Positions 1-11,640 of a stretch of 64,000 nt of DNA are shown here, one piece after another; positions within the stretch are counted from its first letter, which is position 1; each line of letters begins with the position of its first letter. The notes below the pieces were generated by a model that saw nothing but the letters and a program-made list of their open reading frames with translations, had not been told where the DNA came from and made no database searches. The stretch comes from an uncultured delta proteobacterium (GTDB lineage: Bacteria > Desulfobacterota > Desulfomonilia > UBA1062): contig CAWAUM010000007.1 in NCBI GenBank assembly GCA_963785235.1, positions 128,001 through 192,000 on the forward strand, given 5' to 3'. The position numbers and the translations under genes are program-made.

Positions 1-74
1 TCTATGAGCCCCTGTCCAGGAGAACGGGGAAAAAGTATTATTCAAGAGAGACGTACAGCTCAGGAGGAAAATAA

Positions 75-1382
75 GTGAAGAATACGAGGATTTTTATCAG
101 CATACTCCTACTGTGTGCACTGCCTGTGATGCTTGTGCATGCCCAGGACAGCGCGGAGGAACCGGCAAAGGCATCTGAGCCGAAGGTACTCTCGCTGCCC
201 TATGCTTTTTACAATGACTCCTTCGGTGCTGCTGTGGGGTATGTGTATGGGGCAACAGGATACCCACAGAAACAGTCCACCGTGCTGGCGACAGCCATTG
301 CGGGGACCAACAGCGCCCTCGCTTTCATCCTGCTTGCCCGGGACATCAGGGTGCCATATACCGAGCGGTTCTTCTTCGATACGGACCTCGCCATGATGAA
401 ATACGGCACGATCCAGAGCTATATCAGCGGCAACCCTGATTTTCCGGATGAACGAGCGGGAAGCAACAATTCCGATGTGGACAACTACGTGGAAGGAGAT
501 GGTGACGACAACCTGGTCCGTGTCAACTTCAAATACCTGCTCCCCATGGGCGGGGGTCGGGATCTGCCGTTGACTCCGTTGGTCCTGAAAAGAGGCCTGC
601 CCATGGAGGGCTCCGGTGGAGGCGACTCCTGGAATCCGTTTCAGAGCGGGAAGACCTTCCTCGAGATGAAACCCTACTGGAGGGCGCAGACCATTAATTC
701 CGACTACGACACCGTAAACACCGTAAAACAGAAGACCAATGGCAGCGCTTTCTCCATTTATCGGGACAATACGGATTTTCAGAGGAATCCTTCCCAGGGG
801 AGCGCTGTGCGCGTGAGGTATACCAGGGACTGGGGATGGTCCGACAGTTCGCAGCCCTATGAGGTCGGTGATGTCGAGATCAGCAAGTACATCTCCCTTG
901 GTTCGACCGAGACATTCAGGCGGCGTGTGCTGGCCCTTGATTTCTGGACCTCCAACGCGTTTTCGTGGGACAACACCAGCATGCAGGATGACAAGCGGGT
1001 CTTCAACAGGCCTCCTGCCTACCTTGGGTCAACTCTCGGCGGGACCTGGCGCCTGCGGGGTTTCCCCACATCACGCTTCAATGACCAGGCTGCGCTCTAC
1101 TATTCACTCGAATACAGGATCATTCCGGAGTGGAACCCCTTTGCCCATAGCGATTGGATGCGCAGATATCTCGGGATCGAGTGGTGGCAGTGGGTCACCT
1201 TTGCGGAGGCGGGCCGGGTGGCCCCGGCATGGACCGTGAGCGAGCTCCACAGCGCCATGAAGTGGGATGCAGGCATCGGGGTTCGTGCCATGGCCAAGGG
1301 CATCGTGGTCCGCGTGGACATGGCCGGGTCGAAGGAGGGGATGGGGGTCAGCATGATGGTGGGCCAGCCCTTCCAGTTCTAA
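75..1382 (+). CDS. Omp85/BamA-TamA-like outer-membrane beta-barrel protein without POTRA domains
   Basis: Signal peptide; LRGFPTSRF motif resembling the Omp85 (V/L)RG(F/Y) lid motif; amphipathic C-terminal strands ending in F (QPFQF). Confidence 0.75.
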   Translation: MKNTRIFISILLLCALPVMLVHAQDSAEEPAKASEPKVLSLPYAFYNDSFGAAVGYVYGATGYPQKQSTVLATAIAGTNSALAFILLARDIRVPYTERFFFDTDLAMMKYGTIQSYISGNPDFPDERAGSNNSDVDNYVEGDGDDNLVRVNFKYLLPMGGGRDLPLTPLVLKRGLPMEGSGGGDSWNPFQSGKTFLEMKPYWRAQTINSDYDTVNTVKQKTNGSAFSIYRDNTDFQRNPSQGSAVRVRYTRDWGWSDSSQPYEVGDVEISKYISLGSTETFRRRVLALDFWTSNAFSWDNTSMQDDKRVFNRPPAYLGSTLGGTWRLRGFPTSRFNDQAALYYSLEYRIIPEWNPFAHSDWMRRYLGIEWWQWVTFAEAGRVAPAWTVSELHSAMKWDAGIGVRAMAKGIVVRVDMAGSKEGMGVSMMVGQPFQF

Positions 1383-1471
1383 GGGGTACAGAAAACTTGT
1401 GGACAAGGCTGGAAATGGTTCCAGTCAGACAAATACTTAAGATCTGAAAGCAACAATAAAAGGAGGAATAT

Positions 1472-2146
1472 ATGAACCGATCAATGAGGTTAGCAATGGT
1501 AGCGGCATTGAGTCTGGCGCTGGCGATATCGGCCACAGGCTGCGCATCGTTCTCAAAGCAGTCGGGGTTTCTGGACGGTTATTACAAGAATCTGCAGCCG
1601 GGGCCGGAAGGCGGGGCAAAGCTGCGCTGGATGAAGCCGGGGGTTGATTTTTCAAAATATGACAAGGTGATGCTGGACAGCGTTCGCTTTTATCTTGCTG
1701 CAGACTCGGAAGACCTGGGCGTCGATCCTGAGCAGATGAAGGAACTCTCCGATGCCTTCAACAAGGAACTGGTGAATGCCCTGAAAGACAAGTACCCCAT
1801 AGTGGCAGAGCCTGCCCCTGGTGTTATTCGCATCAGGGTCGCCCTGACAGGGATCAAACAGAGCATGCCGGTCCTCAGTGGTGTCACCTCCATCGTACCC
1901 GTCGGTTTGGCCGTCAGCATTGTGAAGAAAGGCACCACGGGAGCATGGACAGGTTCGGGTGCCACGAGGGCGGAACTGATGGCAATCGATCCCATGAATA
2001 ATGATGAGGTGATCGGTGTTGCAGTCGATGAACAGTCTGCCGGGTTCACGGAAAGGTTTTCCAAGCTCGGGTCGGCCGAAGAGGCCTTCAAGTTCTGGGC
2101 AGGCAGGATCAGGATATTCCTGGATCAGGCACACGGCGTGAAGTAG
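1472..2146 (+). CDS. DUF3313-family lipoprotein
   Basis: AGGAGG RBS; lipobox ATGC; SGFLDGY and YDKVMLDSV...IRIRVALT pattern typical of DUF3313. Confidence 0.75.
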   Translation: MNRSMRLAMVAALSLALAISATGCASFSKQSGFLDGYYKNLQPGPEGGAKLRWMKPGVDFSKYDKVMLDSVRFYLAADSEDLGVDPEQMKELSDAFNKELVNALKDKYPIVAEPAPGVIRIRVALTGIKQSMPVLSGVTSIVPVGLAVSIVKKGTTGAWTGSGATRAELMAIDPMNNDEVIGVAVDEQSAGFTERFSKLGSAEEAFKFWAGRIRIFLDQAHGVK

Positions 2147-2213
2147 TATGGTGAAGGCAGCCCTCCTGTATATGGCAACTGAAATTACCTGAACCTATAA
2201 GGAGGTGAACGGT

Positions 2214-2707
2214 ATGACCACAAACGCATCGCGGGCAGCAAACTTTTTGAGCGGCTATGCGAAGAAGGCAGCATTTATAGGGGGGCTGTCTGCACTCATA
2301 TGTGTCCTACTCATACAGGGTGTGCACATAAACCCGAAGCCCCACCGCAGCAAACCGTGGACAGGAAGGCCCTGGTCTATAAGGAGGTAGCCGATCCTGC
2401 ACGCGCTGAAAAGATTGTGGCACTCATGGATAAGCTGGAAGCCGAGATGAAGCTCCAGAGCGAGATAAACAAGCAGGGCCAGCAGACGATACTGATGCTC
2501 AATACCGACTACGACACAACCCCTGAGCAGCTTCAGAAGCAAATGGACGTCATACAAACATCCCGTTCCCAGAACAGACAGAGGATTCTGGATACCTACT
2601 TCCAGATAAAGGCGCTCATGACCCGGCAGGAATGGGAGGCCATTTCCAAGCCTGAGGACCAGATGCTCATGCAGATGATCAACAAGGCCAAGGTGCCGGT
2701 CAAGTAG
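2214..2707 (+). CDS. Putative helical lipoprotein (Spy/CpxP-like), frameshift near 2318
   Basis: RBS AGGAGG at ~2200; joining frames gives hydrophobic leader + GC lipobox + helical domain ending ...IKALMTRQEWEAI. Confidence 0.55.
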
Positions 2708-2782
2708 CATGAATGATCTGAATCACGAGGGATTTCAGGCGGCTTAAGCCGGAAGAGCCGGTATTGTGAACAGGAGGACCAC

Positions 2783-3220
2783 ATGGTTGCTTATTTAACA
2801 ACCCTTTATACAAGCATTTTCATATTCAGCGCAATGCTGGTAGGCCCATTCATGCCCGGCATATCGGTGGACGATTACGGCAGAATGGTTATGGACAGGG
2901 AAAAGGCACAGAAAGCAGTCGTGAAGGTGATCCCGCCAAAGAAAGCCGGGAACACCGAGCGGTGCAACACGGTATTGTCCCAGATAGACGAGATTGACAA
3001 GGTCGTGGATGAGTACAACTCCGGATTTATGAGGGATGGGACTGAGATCGTTAATCTCTACATGAAGTATGATTCGAAACCGGAAGATTTTCAGAGAGTA
3101 TTTACCCGGATGGATGAACTAAGGGAAAACGGACAGAGGAAGATCGTGACCGCACGCTTCAAGATGAAAGAGGTCATGACAGCAGAAGAGTGGAAAGCGA
3201 TATTCAATCAGAACGGATAA
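2783..3220 (+). CDS. Hypothetical exported helical protein, paralog of the preceding gene
   Basis: GGAGG RBS; N-terminal hydrophobic segment; YDSKPEDF...FKMKEVMTAEEWKAI aligns by eye with the upstream ORF. Confidence 0.6.
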   Translation: MVAYLTTLYTSIFIFSAMLVGPFMPGISVDDYGRMVMDREKAQKAVVKVIPPKKAGNTERCNTVLSQIDEIDKVVDEYNSGFMRDGTEIVNLYMKYDSKPEDFQRVFTRMDELRENGQRKIVTARFKMKEVMTAEEWKAIFNQNG

Positions 3221-3281
3221 ACCAGTGGTTCATTGAATGGTCAACATTGCTATAATAAAAAATATGAAAGTGAGGAAAAAC

Positions 3282-3767
3282 ATGAAGAGAAAAGGTATCA
3301 TCAAGGTCGTTGTTTTATCAGCAATGGTGCTGTTTATTTCAGGCATGGTCTGGGCCCAGCAGGGGGATGCCACTGCGGACAACATGCAGATCGTGCGTGA
3401 TAAGATCCAGGCGGACAAGAAGCTCCTTGTTGCAACGAACATGAACCTCACGGAAAATGAGGCAAAGGCTTTCTGGCCCGTGTACGACAGTTATCAGAAG
3501 GACCTGATCAAGCTGAACGACCGTACGCTCAAGAACATCAGCGACTATGCAGCCAATGTGGACAAGATGTCCGACGATATGGCGAAAAAGATCGTGAAGG
3601 AGCATCTGGCCATTGAAAGCGACAGGCAGAAACTGAAACAGTCTTACCTTTCCAAATTTGCAAAGGCCTTGCCGTACAAGAAGGTGATGCGCTATTACCA
3701 GGTGGAAAACAAGATATTTGCAGTCGTCTATTACGAGGCTGCCAAGCAGATCCCGCTGGTTGATTAA
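3282..3767 (+). CDS. Periplasmic helical protein (LTExEAxAFWPVY family)
   Basis: Signal peptide ending VWA-Q; MNLTENEAKAFWPVYDSYQ segment. Confidence 0.65.
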   Translation: MKRKGIIKVVVLSAMVLFISGMVWAQQGDATADNMQIVRDKIQADKKLLVATNMNLTENEAKAFWPVYDSYQKDLIKLNDRTLKNISDYAANVDKMSDDMAKKIVKEHLAIESDRQKLKQSYLSKFAKALPYKKVMRYYQVENKIFAVVYYEAAKQIPLVD

Positions 3768-3817
3768 TAACTATCTGCGGAGTTTTCTGCCATGAGGTGA
3801 TTGCGGAACGTTAAAAA

Positions 3818-3930
3818 CCGTCATCACCGCGAAAGAAGCCGGCGAAAAAGGTGTTTATCCTGTCGTCCCGCGAAAGCGGGGACGACAGGAATCCCGAAAA
3901 AGACTGGATTCCCGCTTCCGCGGGAATGAC
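3818..3930. repeat. REP/dRS3-like palindromic element cluster
   Basis: ATTCCC-GCTTCCGC-GGGAAT at 3908-3927; hairpin TCCTGTCGTCCCGC-GAAA-GCGGGGACGACAGGA at 3858-3890; GTCATCACCGCGAAAG at ~3819. Confidence 0.7.
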
Positions 3931-4022
3931 AATGAAAAACATGACACATGAAAAATAAATCGCCTTAAGGGGTGAAAGAAGTAGTTCACAGGAATGAGAT
4001 CCGGGGATGACAGGAGTATTAC

Positions 4023-6268
4023 ATGATTGTCTCAAAGAGGAACAGCGTGCACAACAAAGTATGGCGGATAATCATTCTTGCAGCCCTGGTGGCAGCCATG
4101 ACATCTCCAGCAACCCTCACTGCCCAGGAAACACCCGCACACCCCAGGATCGGTCTTGTGCTCAGCGGCGGTGGCGCCAGGGGTGCAGCCCACGTGGGGG
4201 TGCTCAGGGTCCTGGAGGAGCTGCATGTGCCCATATACTGCATCGTGGGCACGAGCATGGGTTCCATCGTTGGAGGTCTTTACTCTACGGGCATGCCGCT
4301 GGATGAACTGGAACAGATAGCAGTCAAGACCGACTGGGAAGGGCTCTTCGCAGACAAAATCCCCCGAGAAGAGGTGAACTTCCGCAATAAGACCGACTGG
4401 CCAAATTATGTCGGCAGTATCGATGTGGATCTCAGCAAGGGAATAACCCTGCCCAAAGGGCTCATCACCGGGAAACGGCTTGACCTGATGCTACGCTCCT
4501 TGACATTGACCGCACCGAATGACTTCAACGACTTCCCTATTTCCTACCGGGCAATTGCGACTGATATCGAAACCGGAAACTATGTCGTGCTCTCCAAGGG
4601 AGATCTGGCCAGGTCATTGCGTGCAAGCATGGCCATCCCCGGGGCCTTTGCCCCGGTGGAGATCGACTCGAAGCTGCTGGTGGACGGCGGCATGGCCAAT
4701 AATATGGCCGTAGATGTAGCCAAACAGATGGGGGCTGATGTCGTGATCGCGGTGAACATCGGCACGCCGCTGAGCACCCGCGAGAATCTGGACAGCTTCC
4801 TTGGAATTATCGATCAGATCACCAACATCATGACCAACAGAAATGTCGCTGCCCAGATAAGCATCCTCGGGCCTAATGACACGCTTCTCACCCCGGAGCA
4901 TGGGGGCCGTTACCACTGCCAGCTTCGACAAGATGGGAGAGGCCATCGAGATCGGGGCCAGGGCCGCCCGCGAAGTCTCAGACGGGCTCAGCCGTTATTC
5001 CGTGAGCGAGGACGCATACCGGGCCATCCGTGAACAGCAGCTCAAGAAGGCCAGACCTCTGGGAAAGATCGAGTTCGTGAAGACCGGACCAGAAGTCCGT
5101 TTATGGCTCCGGCCTCCTCTTCAACGCCATCACGAAGAGTGCAAGCAATGTCATGAACAAGGATGTCCTGGCCTATGACATCTTCGAGCTCTACAAACGG
5201 GGTGATTTTGAGGATATCGATTTCACGCTCATAGAGGAAGACGGGAAACAGGGCGTGCTCATCAAAACAAAGAAACAGGAGAAGACCAGCCACACGATAG
5301 ATCTGGGACTGGAACTGTCGGGTACTTTCCAGAGAGACAACAGTTTCCGTGTGCTCGCCCGATATCAGGCCTCCAATCTGAACGGCCTCGGTGGCCAGTG
5401 GAAGAACGAGGTCTGGCTGGGGCAGAGCAGCAGGTTCTTTACCGAGTTTTACCAGCCGCTGAACCCGTTCCCCTGGCATTTATTCATTGCACCCTACGGC
5501 GAATACCGTAACTACCCGGTGGATCTGTACCTGAATTACAAGGATACCAATGCATTTGCCCAATACCGGATTGCAAAGACAAACGCAGGGGTCGACCTCG
5601 GGTTTCAGCTCGGTGAATACGGTGAGACGAGGATCGGTTATCTCAGAGGAACCGCGAAATCCAACCTCCAGACCGGAATACCGACGCTGCCTGATCAGAA
5701 CAATGACGAAGGCGCTTACCGGGTCGCCCTGAAATTCGATCAGCTGGACAGCCCCTTTTTCCCAAGGCAGGGCAGCCTGCTGGCCGCCAACTATATCTAT
5801 GGCCGTGAACATCTCGGTTCTGATGAGGACTATGAATCGGTTCAAACCACCATGGTAAAGCCCTTTTCCTACGGCGATCATACGATCCTGCTCCGCGGCA
5901 GGTTCGATACGAACTTTAATTCTACCAGGTCACTGGCAAGGGGATCCTTCCTTGGAGGGTTTTTAAACCTGTCAGGCCTGAACAAGGATCAGATTTTCGG
6001 GAATACCAATGCGTTGGGCGAGGTCATATACTTTGCCAGGATACTCAAGCTCTCCAAGCTGGTCGGTTCGGCCATATACGCAGGTGCCTCCTTTGAGGCG
6101 GGAAACGCATGGGTGCAGAGATCGGATGTCAGTTCCGGCGACCTCATCTATGCAGGCAGCGTCTTTATGGGCATCGATTCGAACATCGGCCCCATCTATA
6201 TCGGGCTCGGCCATGCCGAGGGCAATATGACGGCAATCTATTTTTCACTGGGGGCCAAACAGTTCTAG
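4023..6268 (+). CDS. Patatin-like phospholipase fused to POTRA + Omp85 barrel (PlpD/type Vd autotransporter-like); frameshifts ~4900 and ~5100
   Basis: Signal peptide; GGGARG, GTSMG and DGG patatin motifs; C-terminal barrel ORF 5153-6268 ending in F. Confidence 0.8.
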
Positions 6269-6370
6269 CGTCTACTTCTCAAACTACATGACATGTCATG
6301 AAAAAATATCTTGCCTGGACCAGGACGGAAAGACTGCCGGCTGGATTTCACACAAAGGAGCGTGAAGGGC

Positions 6371-8766
6371 ATGAAGAAGACAATTTTTACAACCATAGTA
6401 TGTATACTCATCTTTGCCGGGATAGCATATTCCCGGCAGACCGGCCCGGTAACTCCGGACCCATGGCCCAGGACAGCTGAACTCTCTGGTGTGAAATATA
6501 CCATCTATCAGCCGCAGATTGATTCCTGGGACGGCTTCACCCTCAAGGCCCAGATACTGCCGTGGCAAACAAGCACTAAAACGAGCAGCAGCCGACGTAC
6601 GGTGTTATATTTTTCCAGGCACGGACCCTTGTGGACAGGGACGAGCGCCTCGTCCACTTTGAGGACTTCCGTATCAACGAGGCCAAATTCCCTTCAGCCC
6701 CGGGACATGGCCCAGACCTACCTTGAGCAGACACGGAAAGCCCTTCCCAAGAAGATGAAGTCGGTATCCCTTGACCGGGCCGAGGCGAGCATGGCGATCC
6801 TCGAACAGCAGAAGAAGTCGCAGGTGCTGCCGTTCAAGAACGATCCACCGAAAATCATCTTTTCCTCCAGGCCGTCACTCCTCGTGTTCATAGACGGTGA
6901 ACCCCGCTTTACGCCTGTCAAGGACAGCGACCTGGCCCGGGTACTGAACACCCGCGTCCTCATGCTGAAGGACGCCACCGGCAAACTGTACCTGCACATC
7001 TTTGACGGCTGGATGGAATCGCAGACATTCCAGGGGTCCTGGGGCGTTTCGACCAGCACTCCCAAAGACATCAAAGAAGGCTAATGAGAAGTGGGCCAGG
7101 GAATCGAAGCAGGTGGATTTCCTCGAGGGCGCCGAAGATATCGAGACCAAGAACAAGCTCTGGCTCAAGAAGCTCGCACCTGTTGTCTTTGTCACTCTCG
7201 AACCCGCAGAGCTTATCACGACGGAAGGGGAGCCGAACTTCGTTCCTGTAGAGGGAGGGACGCAGCTTCTTTATGTGAAGAACACCTCGGGTAACATCTT
7301 CAAGAACCTCGTGGACCTGAGAAGACATATATCCTCATCTCCGGCCGGTGGTTCAAGGCGGATTCGTTCGCCGGTCCCTGGCAGTACGTCCCTGGAAACG
7401 CCCTTCCTGCTGATTTCGCGAAGATCCCCGACGACAGTCCAAAGGAGAACGTGAAGGCCTCGGTGCCGGGTACGCACGAGGCCAAACGAGGCGGTGATCG
7501 CCGCCTCCATTCCCCAGATAGCGAAGATCGACCGGAAGAAGACCACGTTTACTCCCCAGGTCGACGGTGAGCCCAAGCTCAAGCCTATTGAGGGAACGCA
7601 GCTCTCTTATGTAGTAAACAGTTCATATGCCATTATTAAGGTAGACGAGAAATCATGTATGCCTGCGCCAACGGCGTCTGGTTCGTGGCCAAAACCCTCA
7701 AAGGCCCGTGGGCCGTGGCCGATTCCATCCCTGCAGTCATCTACTCCATCCCTCCGGGGTCATCGCTCTACTACGTGACGTGGGTGCGCATTTACACGGC
7801 CACGCCGGAGTATGTGTATGTCGGCTATACGTCGGGATACTACGGCTCATAGTAACGGCCTATATATGTTGTGGTCCATGGCACCGGTTACTATTATGAC
7901 CCCTGGTATGGAACGTACTGGTACGGGTCTCCGGTCACCTACGGGTATGGCTCGTCCATGTGCTGGACTCCCTGGTACGGATGGAGCTACGGTTATGGCT
8001 ACTGGTGGCACGCATGGTGCTATCATCCCCCTCCACCGTACTGGGGCCCTTACTATGGCTGGGCCTATAACTCTTCAGGGGGCGTTACCGCCTGGGGGCC
8101 CGGCGGATGGGCGAGCACTACGGGCAAAGTGTATCACCAGCAGGGAAGCGTATCTGCAGTAACCAGGGGTTCATCGGGCTATAACGCCTACACCGGCAAT
8201 GAGTGGTCCAGGAAGTACGGCATGGCATACAACTCCACAACGGGCACACTGGCAACCGGCCGCCAGGGATCGGTGGAGAACGTCTATACCGGCGGGTATG
8301 CCACAGGCAAGGCAGGGACAGGCGTATTCACCGTCCAAGGATGTAGCGGTGTCGGGCAAGAAGCTGACCGTAGGCAACGAGAACACGGGCAAGGAAGTGA
8401 CGGCAGGAAGGATAACGATCAAGGGCCCGGACGGCCAGACAGGTTCGGCTGCAGGCATCGAGGGTGAGCAGGGCTCGGTCGGCCGTGTGGGAGACAGTGC
8501 CTTTGCCACGAAAGACGGGAACGTCTATGTAAACAAGGGCGGTGAAGGCTGGAATGAGGTAACGCGCCCTGAGGGAACGCCGCAGGTTCAGACGCAGCAA
8601 TTACGGCAGAACCTCGACCGCGAACAACAGGCACGCGATATGGGGCAGCAGCGCGCCAGCAGTTTCCAGACAAGCCCGGCCAGCCGGAGGCTGGGGCGCA
8701 TCGGGTTCAAGGCCATCTGGAGGTAGAAGCTTCGGAGGTGGTGGCGGCGGAGGAAGGCGCCGGTGA
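6371..8766 (+). CDS. Large exported protein with repeated beta-rich GPW units, a Tyr/Trp/Gly-rich region and a Gly/Arg tail; several frameshifts
   Basis: Signal peptide MKKTIF...AYS; WPR...IYQPQIDSW; SGRWFKA..GPW and NGVWFVA..GPW repeats; YYDPWYGTYWYG; ends SFGGGGGGGRRR-TGA. Confidence 0.6.
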
Positions 8767-8916
8767 CAGGAAGGCCGTGTCGTAAGGCCTTCGCCCGTAT
8801 TCTCGATCCTGCCGGGTGCGACGTTGTCCGTCTCGAAGACCATGGACATCCTGATGAAAGGGCGCGGCAGCCACTTTGACCCGGAAGATACCGATGCGTT
8901 CATGAAGATAACCTAA
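8763..8916 (+). pseudogene. Remnant of an HD-GYP phosphodiesterase C-terminus
   Basis: VTGRPCRKAF and, in another frame, MDILMKGRGSHFDPEDTDAFMKI, resembling HD-GYP RPY(R/K)KAF...GRGSHFDP. Confidence 0.55.
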
Positions 8917-9094
8917 GCTGCTCTTTGAACAGTACGGAAGCTAAGATGACGGCCGGACGCGTAAAGATATGAATGGCATTATCGACTAATAGTACAAGGC
9001 CGACCTAGCGACGTTTCTTGACTGAGGATCAGGGGTCGTTATATTTTGAAGTATAGGATGTGAGATCGTATTATATACAAGATGGAGGGAGACT

Positions 9095-11519
9095 ATGAAA
9101 AGGAAAACTGCATATAGTGTGTTCGGCCTTGCGCTGGGCACGGCGTGCGCCGCAACAGCCGCAGCGCAGACAGAGCCGGATCGCACGGCGCTGCCGATCC
9201 CGGAGCCGCAGATCCCGCACAGCACCGTGCTCGATGTCCGGAATGCCACGCCGCCGCCGCGGTTCGAGGTCAAGGCGCCGGCCGGCGCCCCGAACGTGCT
9301 CATCGTCCTGATCGACGACATGGGGTTCGGCCAGTCCAGCGCCTTCGGCGGGCCCATCAACATGCCGACCGCGGACGCCTGGCCAACGACGGCCTCCGGT
9401 ACAACAGTTCCACACCACGGCCCTGTGCTCGCCGACCCGGGCGGCGCTGCTCACCGGCCGCAATCACCACACGAACAACACGGGCTCGATCACGGAGACC
9501 GCCACGGCCTTCCCGGGCAACACCGGCCAGCGTCCCGACAGCGTGGCCCCGCTGGCGACGATGCTGCGGTACAACGGCTACTACCACCGCCGCCTTCGGC
9601 AAGAACCACGAGACCGCCGCCTGGGAAGTCAGCCCTTCCGGCCCGACCGACCGCTGGCCGACCCGCAGCGGCTTCGACAAGTTCTACGGCTTCATGGGCG
9701 GCGAGACGAACCAGTGGGCGCCGGCCATCTATGACGGCATGACCAAGGTCGAGGTGCCGAAGGACCCGAACTACCACTTCATGACCGACATGACGAACCA
9801 GGCGATCAAGTGGATGCAGTCGGTGAAGTCCCTGACGCCGGACAAGCCGTTCTTCATCTACTTCGCGCCGGGCGCGACCCATGCGCCGCACCATGTGCCC
9901 AAGGAATGGATCGCCAAGTACAAGGGCAAGTTCGACCAGGGCTGGGACAAGCTGCGGGAAGAGACCCTCGCCCGCCAGATCAAGCTGGGCGTGGTGCCTG
10001 CAGGCACGAAGCTGGCGCCCAAGCCGGCAGCCATCAAGGACTGGGACAAGCTGAGCGGCTGACGAGAAGAAGCTCTTTGCCCGCCAGATGGAGGTGTTCG
10101 CCGGCTTCGGCGAGTACACCGACACCGAGATCGGCCGGCTCGTCGACGCCATCGCGCGACATGGGCCAGCTCGACAACACGCTGATCTTCTACATCGTCG
10201 GCGACAACGGCGCCAGCGCCGAAGGCGGCATGAACGGCATGTTCAACGAGATGACCTACTTCAACGGCGTGCAGGAAACGGTCGCAGGACATCCTGAAGC
10301 ACTACGACGAACTGGGCGGCCCGAACACCTACGGCCACTATGCCGCCGGCTGGGCCGTTGCCGGCGACACGCCGTTCACCTGGACCAAGCAGGTTGCCTC
10401 GAGCTACGGCGGAACGCGCAACGGCATGGTCGTCCACTGGCCCAAGGGCATCAAGGCCAAGGGCGAGGTCCGTTCGCAGTGGCACCACGTCATCGATATC
10501 GCCCCCACGATCCTGGAGGCCGCCGGCCTGCCGGAGCCGAAGGTGGTGAACGGCATTCCCCAGACCCCCATCGAAGGCGTGAGCATGCTGTACACCTTCA
10601 ATGACGCCAAGGCCAAGGACCGCCACCTGACCCAGTACTTCGAGATCTTCGGCAACCGCGCCATCTACCACGACGGCTGGCTTGCCGGCACCGTGCACAG
10701 GGCGCCCTGGGAGCCGAAGCCGCGGGCTGCCGCTCGAGGAGGACACCTGGGAACTCTACGACACCCGGACCGACTTCAGCCTGGCCAACGACCTGGCGAA
10801 ACAGAACCCGGAAAAGCTCAAGGAGATGCAGGACCTGTTCATGAAGGAAGCGGTGAAGTACAACGTGCTGCCCATCGATGACCGCGCTTTCGAGCGCATG
10901 AACGCGGCACTCGTCGGCCGGCCCGACCTGATGGCCGGCCGCACATCGCTGACGGTTTACGAGGGCATGATCGGCATGTCCGAGAACGTGTTCATCAACA
11001 CCAAGAACCGCTCCCACACGATCACGGCCGAGGTCACGATTCCCAAAGGCGGCGCCAAGGGCGTGATCCTTGCCCAGGCCGGGCGGTTCGGCGGCTGGAG
11101 CCTGTACCTGAAGGACGGCAAGCCGACCTACACCTACAACTTCCTGGGGCTGAAGCGCTTCACCATCGCCGCCGAGAAGGCCGTGCCTGCCGGAAAGGCG
11201 ACGATCCGCTACGAGTTCGCCTATGACGGCGGCGGCCTGGGCAAGGGCGGCATGGGAACGATCTTCGTCAATGGCGAGAAGGTCGCCGAAGGCCGGATCG
11301 AGCAGACGCAGCCGATGATCTTCTCGGCCGACGAGGGGCCGATGTCGGCGAGGACGGCGAGACGCCGGTCGTCGAGGACTATGGGATCCCGGCGCCCTAC
11401 AAGTTCACCGGCAAGATCGACAAGGTCACCGTTGACCTGAAGGAAATGAAGACGGCTGAAAATGAGCAGGAGACAAAGCCCGCGCGGAAGCCGCGCATAA
11501 GAAGGCGCTGTCGGACTAA
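9095..11519 (+). CDS. Cys-type arylsulfatase (formylglycine-dependent) with C-terminal LamG-like extension; multiple frameshifts
   Basis: [14 protein letters not shown]; DNA at ~9420-9461 encodes [14 protein letters not shown] (CxPxR); [21 protein letters not shown] motifs; signal peptide. Confidence 0.92.
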
Positions 11520-11537
11520 GTGACATGAAATCATGCA

Positions 11538-11568
11538 GGGAGGAAAGGGCATCACGCTCTTTCCTCCC
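11538..11568 (+). terminator. Intergenic stem-loop (terminator or mRNA-stabilising hairpin)
   Basis: GGGAGGAAAGGGC-ATCAC-GCTCTTTCCTCCC; no clear U-tract. Confidence 0.45.
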
Positions 11569-11640
11569 GAGCAGTTCTTGAGTTCAAGAGCCTGATAAGG
11601 TCGGACACGATACTGACAAACAATGAAGGAGCAATAGACA

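Noticed and set aside
10055-10065. TGA in the sulfatase as selenocysteine or readthrough
   Set aside because: The protein continues in another frame ([15 protein letters not shown]), so this is an indel.
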